Origin: Monocercomonoides exilis PA203
Lineage: Eukaryota > Protista > Preaxostyla
DNA: 64,000 bases
Reading direction: 5' to 3'
NCBI GenBank assembly: GCA_001643675.2
Contig: LSRY02000046.1
Coordinates: forward strand, 434,001 to 498,000
Shown in pieces: positions 1-13,510 of this stretch. The notes under the pieces are model-generated. The model searched no databases and had not been told where the DNA came from. It saw only the letters and a list, made by a program, of their open reading frames with translations. The first letter of the stretch is position 1. Each line of letters begins with the position of its first letter. The position numbers and the translations under genes are program-made.

Positions 1-1691
1 TGCCCCGCTCAGCCAGCAGCTCGTCCAGCTTTGTGATCTGCTCTTCAAACACACTCTGCGACACCCCATTCAGATTCAGCGACCCTGCTGCCTCTGCTGT
101 CTCGTTGTCGAAGTAGTACACAACCTGCACCACACACCACAAAAGACAGACAAAGACATTGTCAGGCAGATAGATAGATTGATATAGGTGAGTGAGTGAG
201 TGAGTGAGTGAGTGAGTGAATAAATAAAGATGCATTCAAAAAATAGAAAAATAAATTGATAGAAATGATTGCTCAGTCTGCTGCACAGCAAAAGCAAAGC
301 AACTGAATGCACACCGGCGCTGTGACGCTGAGCAGTTCATCCATCGGCTCCAGCACCCCAATCATAAACGCATCCTTCACATCCTCCATTGAGCTGTTCA
401 GCGACCCACTCTGGCTGTGCATCGAATCAGCCAACAAAAAAAGCACACACACAGAACATATCGACAATTTGTGTTTCAATACAAATGCAACACAAAAAAA
501 GGAAAGAGAAAAAGAGAAAAGAGAAAAAGAGAAAAGAGAAAAAGAGAAAAGAGAAAAAGAGAAAAGAGAAAAAGAGAAAAGAGAAAAGAGAAATGTGAAT
601 GGAAAATGCTCATCTTCCACAAAAGTGCAGATGAAGGGCAGACTCTTTGATGTGCGAAATCGAATCGTTCAGCAGCTGCGCAAAATTCGAAAACGAGACT
701 GTTGGCAGCTCTGTCTCGCACAGCGTCACCACAGCCTTCAGCCCTGCAAACAACTCCTCTTCCGCTGCCATCCAACCAATCGCCAATAAACAAAATATGA
801 AATGAGAAATTGGCAGAAGCCGCAAAGACACACATTTCTGCAGAAGCTGCACATATTCCGGCAGCTCCCCATACGCCTTCTTGAACGGAGACAGCGACTC
901 GTTCATCGATGTGAAGTTCTTCGGCAGCATCGCCATCGACACCATCGCTGCAACAGCAAACACCCTGCAACAAACACACACACAGCTGTCCCAACACCAA
1001 CCAAAAAAAATGAACGAAAAAAAAAAGGCACACAGCTCGACCAGGAGTATCACATAGAAGATGATGCGCGTGGTCCACACACACCCTGCCTTCGGGCCCA
1101 GGTCTGTCCAGCAGTCCGTCTGGCAGCAGTGCCACTCCTCCTCCTCCTGCGGCGGCGTGCTGCAGCACTGCGTGCACATCCACACATACGTGTACACCAT
1201 CGCCCCCACCCACAGCAAAAGCACCACAATCGCTGGCACAAGCACCGACTGCCAGCCACGCCCACGAAACAACATTTCATTGTATTTTATTAATAATAAA
1301 AAGGGAATCTGGAGGAATAACGAAAATTGGGGGAAAAATGGTGTCAAGGCACACAGCAGCTGTCCCAGCAATTTTGCTCGTGGAAACATGCCCAAAGTCC
1401 ATCGTCCCGTTCCGCAGGAACATCTCCTCAAACGCCGCCCCCAGCGACGGATACAGCGGGAGCCCAAACAGGCTCCCCGTGCACACCCTCCGCACAAGCG
1501 AGAACAGCCCCTGCCCCAGCTGCGTAAACATATCCGCGTTCCTGTAATCTGCACAAACACCCAAAAACATCCCAACTCCTAGAAGACTTGCAAATGCACA
1601 CACCGTCCGCCCCATACAGGACGCAGCGCTCCACAAGCAGCACAACCGGCAAAAAATACATTTCAAAAGTACTATGATCAGTGCTTGCCAT
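1..1691 (-). CDS. Multi-exon membrane protein, prominin/tweety-like architecture; 3' end runs off the window
   Basis: Joining GT-AG exons gives MASTDH...YGAD|DYRNADMFTQ...GTAA|SVLVPAIVVLLLWVGAMVYTYVWM (TM), a Cys-rich loop CTQCC...HCCQTDCW, a second TM IIFYVILLVEL|VFAVAAMVSM, then helical exons. The introns contain microsatellites. Family call is by architecture only. Confidence 0.5.
188..219. repeat. (GAGT)n microsatellite in intron
   Basis: About 8 tandem GTGA units. Confidence 0.9.
503..592. repeat. 15-bp AG-rich tandem repeat (AAAGAGAAAAGAGAA) in intron
   Basis: About 6 tandem units, visible as KEKRE repeats in spurious ORFs. Confidence 0.85.
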
Positions 1692-1828
1692 AAAGTTTTA
1701 TGAAAAATTAATATTTTTTATAATTGAAAATCTTTCAATAATTTCCTCCAATTATAAGACAGTGTGGATTAAAGTTAATTTGAAATGAAAAAATGAAAGA
1801 AAAAACACATTGAAATTGAAACTTCAGT

Positions 1829-3895
1829 TCATTTCCATGAAGAAAGTTCTTTCAACTTTTTAATTTCCATCTTCCTGTCTTTTTCTGCTTTATCCAAAGC
1901 GAGCAATTTCTGGACTTGCTCAGATGGATCCTGCTTCAGTTTTCTATGTCGAATCCTTCTTTGTCTTTTTGCTGTCTTCCACTCTTCTGTTGCGTGCTCG
2001 TTTCTTTTGTCAAATGGCTGTTTGCGCTTGCCTCTCCTGCCCTGCTCAGCTCTACCTTCATCTTCCTCCTCCTCTTCTTCGCTTTCACTTTCCTCTTCCT
2101 CTTCATTATCATCCTCTCCTGCTCCTTCTCCTTCCACCATCAGCCCATCAAACCTGCCTTTTCCTTTGCTTTTACCTGCTCCAGCGGTTTCCTTCATCTC
2201 TTTCGTCTCCTTCCCTTTAATCTGCTTTCTCTTCTTCCTCCCTCTCTTCAGCACATTCCGCATCTCCATCACAGACAGCTGCAGCCCTTCGCCCACCAGC
2301 GCCTTTCCGTCTTTCTTCAGCGACGTCAAAAGACTCTTCGACTGAAGAGACGCATCAGCCGCGTCTCGAACCACGATCGATGTGCGCGGCGCTTCTTCCT
2401 CTGTGCTGTCGGCCTTCCCCACTGCTCCATCCTCACCGTCAGATTCCAGCTCTCCAAAATCAAACTCGTCTGTGTCGCTTGATGAGTCATCATCGTCATC
2501 GTACTCTTCTTCTTCTTCTTCGTCTTCGTCTTTGCTTGCGCCACCAGCCCTTGCCAATGGCTGCTCTTTCCTCTCTTCTTCTTTCGCTTCCACAAGGCCA
2601 TCAAGCGGATTAACATTTGATTTAGCTCCGCTTCTCCTTGGCTTCTGATGGTGTTTGCGGGGGCTGCCAACTTTTTCCTCGAAACTGTCATCGTCTTGCT
2701 CTTTCCCTTCTCTTCTCATCCTCTCCAACCTCCTCCTCCTCTTCTCCTCCTCTATCGCTTCCTCTTCCTCCATTTTCTCTCTCTCTTCTCTCTCTTCTTC
2801 TCTCTTCCTTCTCCTTTCCTCCTTCTCCTCCTCCTCCCACTTGTCCTCCTTAAACCTCCTCTTCAGCAGCCCCTTATTCCGCGACGCATTCCACTTCGCC
2901 ACGTATTCGCTCAGCGTCAGCTCCGGAAGCCGTCGCAGCACAGAATACACTCCGTTCATCTCCAGCCGCACCTTCCCGTTCGGCAGGCGCAGCGATCGGC
3001 AGTGGAAGCCATAGTACTTCCCGACACAGTGTGCAAGAAGTCGGTGGAATGCATCATTGTCACGCACCACAAACGGCTTAATGCGTCCGGGATGTGGCAG
3101 CTTCGCCTCGCTTTTTGGCGCTGGAGCCGATGCCGTTGCGGAGGTTGTTGAAGAGGAAGAAGGGGAAGAAGAAGAAGAAGAAGCAGGATGTGAAGCAGAC
3201 GAAGAATCTTCTTTTTGAGCAGATGATGAAACAGTTGTCTGATCATCAGTATGACACAACTCATAAGCTAAAAGCAATTTTTCTTGGACTCCATGTATGT
3301 ATTCAAGGAGGTTAGATTCTACACTTGCCAAAAAATCAGGATCTGGTTCTCTTCGGAGTACATTTTTGAAATTTTTTGGAACTTGAACGTTTCTCCACGA
3401 ATGTGCCCTTCTCCGTGCTTGCCTATGCTTGCGTGCAAATTTTGATGATTCCATATCTTTTAAGTAACGTTCTTGATTCGCAATTGTTGTTTCTAAAAGT
3501 GGTTCCCATTTTGACCACAGTTGCTTTCTTTGCAAAAGCTTTTCATGTGATTCTTCACCATTAATCGAACCGAAAAGCATATCAAACATTGAACGAGAAA
3601 CATATCTCGCTCGCTGTTGAGGTGCATATTCTTCGTCGCTAAATCCTTCATCGTCACGCTTTACGGTTCCATCCTGATTTAATGCAGGATGGCGGAAATG
3701 ACCCAGCCTATTTTCTTCGGCATTATCATCTTCTCTGAGATAAGTGCCAACATTCTTATGCTTTTGAATCCTATGCAACGCTCTGCGTTGAGCTTTAATT
3801 CTCATTCGGGAATACTCACTTAGTTCTGCTTCTGTAGTTGAGTATTCATAAGTTTCTGAGAAATCACTAGTTTCTAAAGCTTGCCTATCTTGCAT
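1829..3895 (-). CDS. R3H-domain protein (R3HDM4-like) with long charged C-terminal tail
   Basis: 688-aa ORF; R3H motif DNDAFHRLLAHCVGKYYGFHCRS (R-x3-H) preceded by an R3H-associated-like segment. Confidence 0.75.
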   Translation of the reverse strand: MQDRQALETSDFSETYEYSTTEAELSEYSRMRIKAQRRALHRIQKHKNVGTYLREDDNAEENRLGHFRHPALNQDGTVKRDDEGFSDEEYAPQQRARYVSRSMFDMLFGSINGEESHEKLLQRKQLWSKWEPLLETTIANQERYLKDMESSKFARKHRQARRRAHSWRNVQVPKNFKNVLRREPDPDFLASVESNLLEYIHGVQEKLLLAYELCHTDDQTTVSSSAQKEDSSSASHPASSSSSSPSSSSTTSATASAPAPKSEAKLPHPGRIKPFVVRDNDAFHRLLAHCVGKYYGFHCRSLRLPNGKVRLEMNGVYSVLRRLPELTLSEYVAKWNASRNKGLLKRRFKEDKWEEEEKEERRRKREEEREEREKMEEEEAIEEEKRRRRLERMRREGKEQDDDSFEEKVGSPRKHHQKPRRSGAKSNVNPLDGLVEAKEEERKEQPLARAGGASKDEDEEEEEEYDDDDDSSSDTDEFDFGELESDGEDGAVGKADSTEEEAPRTSIVVRDAADASLQSKSLLTSLKKDGKALVGEGLQLSVMEMRNVLKRGRKKRKQIKGKETKEMKETAGAGKSKGKGRFDGLMVEGEGAGEDDNEEEEESESEEEEEEDEGRAEQGRRGKRKQPFDKRNEHATEEWKTAKRQRRIRHRKLKQDPSEQVQKLLALDKAEKDRKMEIKKLKELSSWK

Positions 3896-4135
3896 TTATA
3901 CTTTATAGTTAATATTCTAGGTTTTAGAACAAAAAATTACATAAAATGAATAAACAAGGCCATAATTAAATTATCAAAAATAAAAGTGTTATCATCGTTC
4001 AGAAAAAATGTCATTTGCTTATAAACCTGTCATGCATCGTATTTTAATGGATCATGCTATCTCTTGATTTCAAACTGAAATATTTTGAAAGAAGATTGTA
4101 AACCATAATATATTTATTATTCACACCAATATGTT

Positions 4136-7100
4136 ATGTCGATTATTGCGAAAGATAGCGAGCTAAAGGGGTATCAGTTACAAAGATATGATCGCTTTAT
4201 TAATTCTACGACAGCAGAGCTCACTCGAACATGTGGAAACTTTGGATTATTCGAGCTTCGTCTTCGGAAAAGAACAAACTCACTGAGAGAAAGAAGGAAA
4301 GATTACTTTGAATATAATTCATTTACCCATGAACAAAAAGCACGGCATTTTAATTTTTATTATTTTATGTTATCTTTTTTTGTTTATTCTATGAAAAAAA
4401 CGTTTTTAGATTAATAGATGCTCACGACTTCTTGAGAGCTTACCTGGTTATAGCAATGAAAATAGCTGTCGAACACTTGACGAAGTTCAGCGAATGATCG
4501 AACAAAGTTTTATTATATTTTATTTTAATATTTTTTATGAAATATTTTTTATAAGTTAATGAGAATAGCTTTTTGTTAAAGCTTGTAAATCAAACGAATA
4601 TTATTTGCATATGCTCATCGTTATTATTGCGTGACAAGGAAGTGAAAATTGTTGAAAAGGCGCAAATGATTTTTATTGATTTGCTTAGTGTGCAAATATT
4701 TTTTGTGATTTTGATTCAATAAAAATTTTTCTCAAGAATCCAAGAACACTGAAATTATTCATGCGGTTGCGTATTCTGATTTTTCCTCGTACTTGCCTTT
4801 GCTTTTAAAATCTTCGTCAGCTGTTGTTGTTACAAAAGTTTGTAAGCAAAATAGTGATAATTATTTTTCAATTGAATAAAAACCAAATTTTTATAATTTT
4901 TTCCCTCTGCATTTCATTTATTGCGTTGACTTTCTCATTCTTTTTTCCAGGCCCTCTTTAGCATAGCGCTTATTGCGCGTGAGAGCGACAGCCTTCGCAA
5001 CTATGTTCTTGTCAATGACATTGTCGGTTCTGTTGTGCGTCTCGTCTGCAGCGATGCTGTTGATGACAGGCTTCGGCAGGTTGCACTGCACACTTTCTGC
5101 GCACTCAGCAAAAGCCACGAAAGACACAGCCGCACTCGCACTGCCATCATCCTGCGATACATCGCCTCTCCTCCGCCTTCTGTTGATTCACATAATGCAT
5201 CGTGCTCAGAGTGTTATGCAAAAGAAGAGAAAGAAATGAATTCAGAATGCACAAGTGAATGCGCAACGAAATTCCAGCCGGCAATAAAGCAGCATCCTGC
5301 TGCTTTGCGTCCATCATGTTCCTGTTCCTGTATTTCTCCTTCATTTCCTACTCTGTCTGAAACACCTGCATTTCCCACGGGACCAATCCAATCACAACAC
5401 CAATTTCTGATTTCTTCCCAGACTTCATCATTCACACGATGTACTTCTCTTGCATCATTACCTTCAGCACCCACCACTTCACTTCCACTTCTCACAGACT
5501 CACATCAACGTTGCCAATCACCGACACCCACTTCATTCAGTTCATCAAATCACTTTTCCGTTTCTTCTCTTTCTTCCCTTTCTTCGTCTGAACCAATCAC
5601 AGAAGAAACGAATTTTGATGTCTCTCCAGAATCCTTCTCGCATTCATCACCCGCTCTTCATCCGTCTCACATTTCGTCTCTTTCTCCTACTTCCCCTCCG
5701 TTCAGCTGCCTTCCATCATTTTCCTATCCCCAACGCCCTCCTTTTGTTGTCCACATGCGCCCGCTCCAGTCCGGAAACAGCGGAATCTCCTCGCAAATCG
5801 AGTCAGCCGAGGCGCAGCTGCGGAAGGCGATTCCGTCTGTCTCTTCGTTTCTGGCATCAACAAACAACAAAACGCTCCGTTTTGCCCTGTGGGCGCTCGC
5901 CAACATTTCTGAGCAGAGTGCTGAGGGTGTGCATTTGGCTGTGACTTCTCCGCAATTCGGCCTCGTCACTGACCTTCTGATGTCCTCTGAGCAAAGTGTG
6001 AGAAGCGCGGCGCTCTCGTTTCTGGTGACACTTGTATTCACATCTGCTGAGGCCATTCAGGTTTGTGCATGTTACGTTGAGTGCTTTTGCGAGTGGAAGT
6101 TGTATGGATTCATTTTCATTGATGTGTCTTTCTTTGCTTTCATTTTGTTTAAATGACTTCAAATTAATTGAGAAAATAATTATTCATTTTCACAAAAATT
6201 TTATTTTTCCATATAATTTGGATGATTTTTGATTAGACGATAACCAATTCGCGTATCATCTATGCGCTTGTGGCGTTGCTTCGATCAGACAATTCTGAAG
6301 AGGCCGTCAGCTCAGCCCGGGTTCTGTCTGCTGTTGCGAGCGACCGTCTGGAAGAAGGAGCAACGATGCTCCGCCCAGCAGTCCTCTCTGAGGTGGTGCG
6401 TGCTCTCAACAAATCCACACGCCAGATTCAGAGAGAACTGTCGTATGTGCTGCTTCATCTGGCGATCCGCCCGGAGAATCGGAGAATTGCATCGCACCCA
6501 TTTTTGCTAAAGGGCGCGTTGCTGTTTCTTGTGACTCACTGCATTCGATGCGACAAGGACATTTTTGCAGTAGAAAATGTGCTGCGGATGATTGAAAGCA
6601 CGCTGGCAAACACTCAACAGCCCACATGCCCTGAAGAAAGAAAAAGAATGAACATAGAAGATAAATGCAGAGCTGACAGAAGCTTAACTGCAACAGCCGC
6701 AACCACATTTCTGTCAGCAGATGTTGGAACCGCTTTTGTGTTTGCTCATTGCCTGCAATCAAAGTGTCTGCCATCGCAAACCGTGTGCAATGAAACTCCT
6801 GCCAGTTTGCTTATCAGCTTTGGAGCGGTTGAAATTATAAGCTCACTTGTTCAAAGGCGTTGTGCCTCCTCAGAAACGTGTCACGAGCAGCGTAATGAAT
6901 ATCTGCTGACTCTTCCTTCTGTCCCCACAACAGCAGGAACAGCAGCTGTGGCATGGCGACTGTTGAGGCATTTGAACGATCATTGCCTCGCACACGTCGA
7001 CCAGGAGGATGGCTGTTTTGAGGGGAGGAGCATTGAACAGTTGTGCTTATTGCGAGATGAACTGGTGAAAGAGTCGGGAGCGATGAAGAGAGAATCACTG

Positions 7101-7145
7101 AAAGATGCCAACTATGAATTGAGCGATGAGAGAGATCATTTATAA
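4136..7145 (+). CDS. Divergent importin-alpha-like ARM-repeat protein, ~6 exons
   Basis: Basic IBB-like N-terminus (ELRLRKRTNSLRERRK). Spliced ARM helices LPLLLKSSSAVVVTK|ALFSIALIARESDSLRNYVL, FALWALANIS, VRSAALSFLVTLV, IQRELSYVLLHL. Approximate exons 4136-4339, 4410-4506, 4556-4687, 4737-4837, 4950-6060, 6238-7145. Confidence 0.7.
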
Positions 7146-7719
7146 TCAATTGTTTTATATCATGTGGAGAGTTGTAGAGGCATCTTGAGCAATGAAGAAG
7201 AAGAAGAAGAAGGAAAGAAGAGGCGATTATTTGAGAAAGCTGGAGTTTTCTGGTTGAGAAGCAACAATCTATCCACCAATCACCAAAAGAAAGTCTTGTT
7301 TTCTTTCAATTCGCAGACATCTTTTAAATCCTTTTTTTGTGAACTGGATTTTGATTTCTCTTTTTCAGTTCACTGAAATCATAAAGAATTTGGTAAAGCA
7401 AATAAAGAAGCCAAAGAATGAAAAAATGTTCAAAAGAGTGGAGGAGATTCTTTGAAAGCTGATGAATGAGAAAGTGAATTTTGATATTTCTTCAAAGAAC
7501 TGAAGAACATTTAAATCATTTGAGGAAAATTTCTGAAGAAGAAAAGACGAAAATGGTACTTTTAAAATTCTCTTTTTTTCTTTATTTCATTCAAATGAAG
7601 CGGGACGAAAAAATACAAAAAAAATTGATAAATCTTTCACATGACTGTTTTCATACCATTTTGCGTTTGATGCAATTTGGAAAATTGAAATTCAGAGAAG
7701 CAAAATTCAATTCATTTTC

Positions 7720-9131
7720 TTAAGCATTCACAAAATAATCAGAAATATTCAACGATAATTCATCATGAAATTGTTCCTTCAAAAAGTCAAAGATTTTATG
7801 AAAACTCTCAATGCAATTTTCATATCCTTCTTCTTCCATCCATTCATATATCTCCATTTTCATCATTTTACTTTCCTCTTCTTCCTTTTCGTCCTCCTCT
7901 TCTTCTTTCAATCTGTCTGAAATATTCAAAAAGAAAACCAAACAATTCCACATCAAATCGTGATTTATTGTTGGCTGCTGAATCTCCTCCAAAACAGCAC
8001 CAACAGCACTTCCTCTCAGCAATCCATCAATTTTAACATTTCTATAACCTGCTGCATCTCTGAAAGAATAAATGCATTTTGTATGAATTTCTATGTAATT
8101 ATCTCTTGATGCTCGAAATACTTGAACAATTCTGCTAATTAGATCAACAAATTCTTCACTCCACGATGTGCAAAAGCATAAGTGATCATAAATCGCATTG
8201 AGCCATCTCTCGATAATAAGCAATTCTTTCAACTCTTTTTCTCCATTTCCCACTTTTTTTCTCTTCCAATCCACACTTTTTGCAAGCTCTTCCAATTCTT
8301 TTCTTGCTTCTCTCACAAAATGCATTGCATCCACAATCATTCCTTCTAAGCTATCGTCTTTTATCACTCTATAAATCAAAAACTGCCAAGCAGACTGATA
8401 GGTGATGTGAGTCAGATTGTGATGCTCCTGATGATATTGGATTATCTCTTTGATTTCATTCAAATACAGCTCTTTTTCAATTTTCTAATTAAAATCAGAA
8501 AAAATCAATAACAACAAAAAGGAAATTAAATTTCGCACACTTTATCTCTAATGCTGCTCAAAGCCAGCAAAGCCATTTCCACTTCATTTTGTGCTTTTTC
8601 GCTTTCCTCCTTATTCAATGCAAATTTCAGAAGGCAAGGCACACAAATTGAAAGAAATTCAGATGAGAAGTCATAAACAAGAGTTAGATAGCATTCGCAA
8701 AGATCAACAAGAAGCTTTTCATTCTTAACATCAATTTTTTTCTTATCTTCATCAAAAATCATCTTTTCAATTCTTCTTTTCAACAAAGATATATCAAAGC
8801 CATAAATGTACATGTCTTTCAGCCCTTTCAAATATCCCATTCGCTTTAGCAATACAATGACATTTTCCATTGACATTTTCTTTTCTTCAATCATCTTGTG
8901 CATTTTATCGAATAGTTCTTTTGTGAAAGCCGACTCGATTTCTTCTTTCTCTATTTTTTCAGCAATTCTGTTGATTTCATTTATTTTCTGTTGCTGTTCT
9001 TTCTCATTGCAATGTACAAGCTCAGAAAGCAATTCTTTAACAAAAAAATTGAAATAATAGAAATAAATGAGAACTCAAATTCAATAATATTGCAAACCTT
9101 TGAGATTTTTTGTGTTGTTAGTCTCCTGCAT
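7720..9131 (-). CDS. Lineage-specific helical-repeat family protein
   Basis: ORFs 8526-9032 and 7720-8463 join in frame across a GTGTGC...TTAG intron (RDK|KIEKELYLNEIK). A paralog lies at 26.7-29.1 kb. The 5' exon is uncertain. Confidence 0.7.
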
Positions 9132-12100
9132 CTTTAAAAAGAATTTCATTCAGAAAACAACACAATTTTGATATTCACGTTGAACATGCAAAAGTTTGGA
9201 AAGAAGAATTAGATGAAATATAAATACTCTAAAAAAAGTCTTAAAATATATGCACTTATACCTTCATTTTTTGCATATGTATTTTTGATTAGTAATTATG
9301 AAGAAAAATTACGCTTCTTCGATTTTTCTTTATCTTTTTTGGTTTGTTGTTATGGATGTTTTGATCGATTTATTATTTCGATTTGGAATAAACAATGACA
9401 AATGAAAAATCTGTAAATAATTAATGACTACGAAATATAAAATTTAATTGTTAGCTGCACCATGAATCACTGGAAAGACAATGCCAACAATGGAATTCAA
9501 TGTTATTATTTTTGTCAATTGGATTACCAAAGAAATCCAACAATTTCATTAATAACACAAAAGACGTAATGCATGTTATTTATACTGTTCTATTGATTGT
9601 GAAGATATTTCCATCTGTATCCTCTCCAAAGTGCAGGAATGTGAGTTATTATTGAAATGACCAATATCCGCTTTGGAGAGCATAATGATGAGAATGGAGC
9701 AGATAATTGTTTGACAATTGTTAAATAAAGGAATGTGTGCAAGATACATGATTCATAATTTCTTGATTGGAGCAAGAGGTGAAACAAATTCGACTGTTAT
9801 TTTATAAAATGTTGATTTATGGATTGTATTCTGAGAAAAATAAGGAATAATCAAAATTAGATAGGATTTTGGAACGTGAGGCAGGAAAGTGGTTTTTTGG
9901 CAAGGAAAGTGGATGGCAATATCAAGGGAAGTATGCTTATCACAAAAAATGCGATAATTCAATGGAAAAAAGGAAAACCCCAAATTGTCAATTTCATTTA
10001 TAAGGTTTTCCTGTTTCTTGGGCTGCACCAGACAGATATGGAAAGCAAAGAAATTCAATTTCTGATTCCGCTTTTGAAGCAAAACAAATGAGAAACGCCA
10101 ACGACGAGACATTTAATAATCGAATGTTTGTTAGCAGTCGAACAGCGAAATGTTCAGTTGCATTTGGATTTCATTCTTCGAATGGACAGCCATTTTGAGC
10201 AAGTCAATTGATTATTGTTCGATGTTTGAAAGCGTTTGTAATATGACCAGCATCAGATTAATTGGAGATAAGTGTCATTTTCGATTTGCTCTTCACTCTT
10301 CATTCTCCTTCCAAAAGCACAGTTCTTGTGTTCTGTTTCGATTTTCTGTGACTGTTTAATGGCTTTCAGTTCTTGACTATCGAGAAATGCAACGAGGCCG
10401 TGCCATCTTTCTCAGCATGGGAATTGTCAAATTAAAGCCAACTTTTTTCAACCTTCTTCCTCAACATTGTTGAAGAAGAGCCAGCCCCGCTCAGTTCGCA
10501 TTCAACTTCCCTCAAACTCAACATTTGCGTATTTCATCTATTTTTCTTTCTTTTTTTGAGTGCCTTTCATTCACACAGACCGAAGAATCGCATTCATTAA
10601 ACATTTCGACATGAATGTAACTGTCTTTTCAGCAGATCCACTTTGTTTGCCTCAATTGGCATTTCTTCTTCTTCCTCTTTTTCTTCTTCATAAAATTCAT
10701 CGTCATTCCACCTTTTCATCCTTCTTCGCCTTCTTTCACTTTCACTTCGACTCAGATGACTCAATCAAGCACAACAAGGCACATCAATATTCAAAGCAAA
10801 AAAGAAGAAGAACAAATTTTGTGATTTGAGATAATTTCAAAGTTATTAGCCATATTTTCTGTATTCAGAAAAAATCAAAATATATCTTTTTTGAGTCCAC
10901 ACTTATGAAAGTTATTGAACTGTCTTCACAAAAGGAGAAGTTGAATCCAGCAAGATCATCATCAATTCGAGTGGGACATCCAACAAGCTGGCATCTTTTG
11001 TTGGATTCTGTGAAGAATATGACGTCAACGATGAAGAAAGAGAGGCATGCTTCAAACAACCAATTCAGGGCATTCATTTCGATTTGCTGAGAAAGAGTTG
11101 AATTGAAAATGAGAACGCAAGAAGAGGAATGATGTGTATTTGATTTTGCTATTTGCATCCTCGTCTTTTCACCAAATGCTTTTTTGGCATTGCACTGCAA
11201 TTTCATTGTCTATTTCTTTCTTTTTATTTTCATCGACAATCCTGTAATGATGTTTTCGAAGCGATTTCAGACTTTTCTGGGAAAACATTTCACAATGTCA
11301 TTTGTGATTTCAACAGAAATGAAGAAGATCTTCAGTTTCGTTGCATCCCTTCAATTTCTTTCCCTGTTCAGTTGTTCGAGAAGCATTGTTTCGTTCTGCC
11401 TCTCATCAAAACCAAAACTCGTTTTTTCTTTTCACCAATTTTAACAAGATAATTATTTTCTTTTTTTTTAATGAGGAGGGACAAGAAAAAAAACTTTGCA
11501 ACACCTTTTGTTTTGAAATTTCTTTTCGTTTTGCCAATTTGTCTCTGAATTTATTTTTCAACTTCGAATTTGAAAAAGACACCAATACACTCATTTTTAT
11601 TTTCTCCAAATAATTTTTGATGCTTCTTTTTCATTCACTTTATATTTGTTTTTTTTTAAGCCTTTGTGACTGAAAATGAAATTATGTTTCAAGTAAGTCA
11701 GTGACTTATAGATAATTGATCAAAAAAGATCAAAAAATTGTGATCATTCCGGTACCATAATATAGAGAGTGAAAATACAAAGAAGATTTCTTTTTGCTAA
11801 TACTGTGATATTAATTCAAAATTGGCATTCTATCATATTCAATTTTAACTTTTTTGTCTTTTTAACTTCTTAATACTGTTAATTTCTAGCCATTTTAGAC
11901 AACCAAACAATTGGTTAATAATTTTTTGTTTTCATTTCATCCATTTATTTTTCATTCTTATTTTTCTAATGCTTTCTTTCTGTTAAACAATCTTCTTTGA
12001 TGTGTTTCAAAAAGATAAAACTGCTTATCTTGGAATATTTTTTTTTAGAAATATAACATTGTGAAAAATTCAACATTTAATTGCTCATTTCAATTGAACA

Positions 12101-12249
12101 ACATTCAAAATGAATAACATATGGAACAATAAAAGAATTTTTGATTAAAAAATAAAATGTTTCATCCATTTTCCCGCAGAAATTCTCTTTAATTTACAAT
12201 TCAAATCAGCACTCACATCTCATTCATGAGACGCAATCATCTTTCATAT

Positions 12250-13510
12250 TCTTCATTGTTTTTGCTTATTCATCTGTTTTTTTAAAAAAATTTCTTCTCG
12301 TTTAGATTTATCATCAAAGAAATCCAGCTCCTTCTTGTTCCATAACTCAAAAATGATCAGCTTTTTGAACTTATCTACCTCTTTTTTCAATGAAGATATT
12401 GTCTTTGCACCAGAGAAGGAGCTTCCAACTTGTTCGATGACTTTTCTCAAACAATATCCATTTTGCTGCCTCTGTGAAGCAGTAGTCTCTTCGCTCTGCG
12501 TCTTTATCTTCTTCTCAAAGAACAGCACGCTGATTCACTTCGTCATTCCGGAGGTAGAGCAGCGATGAAAAGAAGGCGGAAGGAGATGATGAGTCATCTT
12601 CATCATTATCATCAGTTCAAATGATTGACTTTTCGGATGAATCGGAGGTGGAGGCGTCATTCACTTTGACTGCAGCGATGAACGACATCGAGAGACGGCT
12701 GGGGATTATTTTAATCAAAAGATGTCGTTACTAAGGGAGCAATAGACGCTGCGGGGATATGTTGTGGCTCTGCGGGCGGTGCTGTATGGGGGTGTTGCGT
12801 GTGCATACGATGTGGCGCTTTCGGCGATGCTTTTGGTTCCGCTGGTGGCGCAGCTTCCGTCGCTTGCAGCGTCGATGGGCACAAAGTCGGGGAGCAAGCG
12901 GGTCTTTTCAGCGGCAGGTGCGAATTCGTTCATGTCGATCTACGATCTGTTTGACCCGTCGCTGCAAATATGGCGATCGCAACAGTCGAGGCGTGTGGAG
13001 GTGAAGCTGGACGAGGAAGCGATGAGGCGAGGGGTTGCAGTGTGTGAAGTGGGAGAGATTGTGGAGAAAGGGTTGGATGCTGCGGAGCTGAGAATGGAGG
13101 ATATGGTTCTGTCGCCAGCAGCGATTGCTCTGGCGGTGCTGGAGGAGCGAGAAGAGGCAGAGGAAGGAGAAAGTGGAGGCAAAAAGGGAGGCAAAGAGTG
13201 AGAAGAATATGGAGGGAGAGAGTAAGGTGATGGGAATGAGGAGAAAGGCAGGCATCCGACAGCGCACAAATAGTTTATGGAGAGAATCGAAAAGATTCAG
13301 GGGATGCTGGAAGAAGCGATGGCGCCGATGGTTGTGGAGGTGCTTGGGCTGAGTGGGCTGAGGTTTGAAAAAGCGGAGACATTGAAAGTGATTTCCTCAG
13401 AGTGTCGTTTGTTACAGATGATGTACTCTGCACACACTTTGCGTGCCTGCTATGTCACTTTGGAATACGCGAGAAATAAGAATGTTACAGCAGGAAAAAA
13501 TATGAGTGTT
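12250..13510. pseudogene. Decayed gene fragments (cargo), homologous to 17800-18975
   Basis: Short broken ORFs. MEDMVLSPAAIALAVLEEREE matches IENVVLSPAAIVLHLLEERKE; LIIFELWNKKELDFF matches LIFFDLMEKKEQNFF. Confidence 0.6.

Noticed and set aside
1916-3315. Plus-strand ORFs opposite the R3H gene, and similar ones opposite the Chorein-N gene
   Set aside because: Antisense shadows of low-complexity coding sequence
9400-11600. Genes in the short ORFs here and at 45700-48500
   Set aside because: No recognisable motifs or consistent exon chain; probably decayed fragments that cannot be assigned without a search
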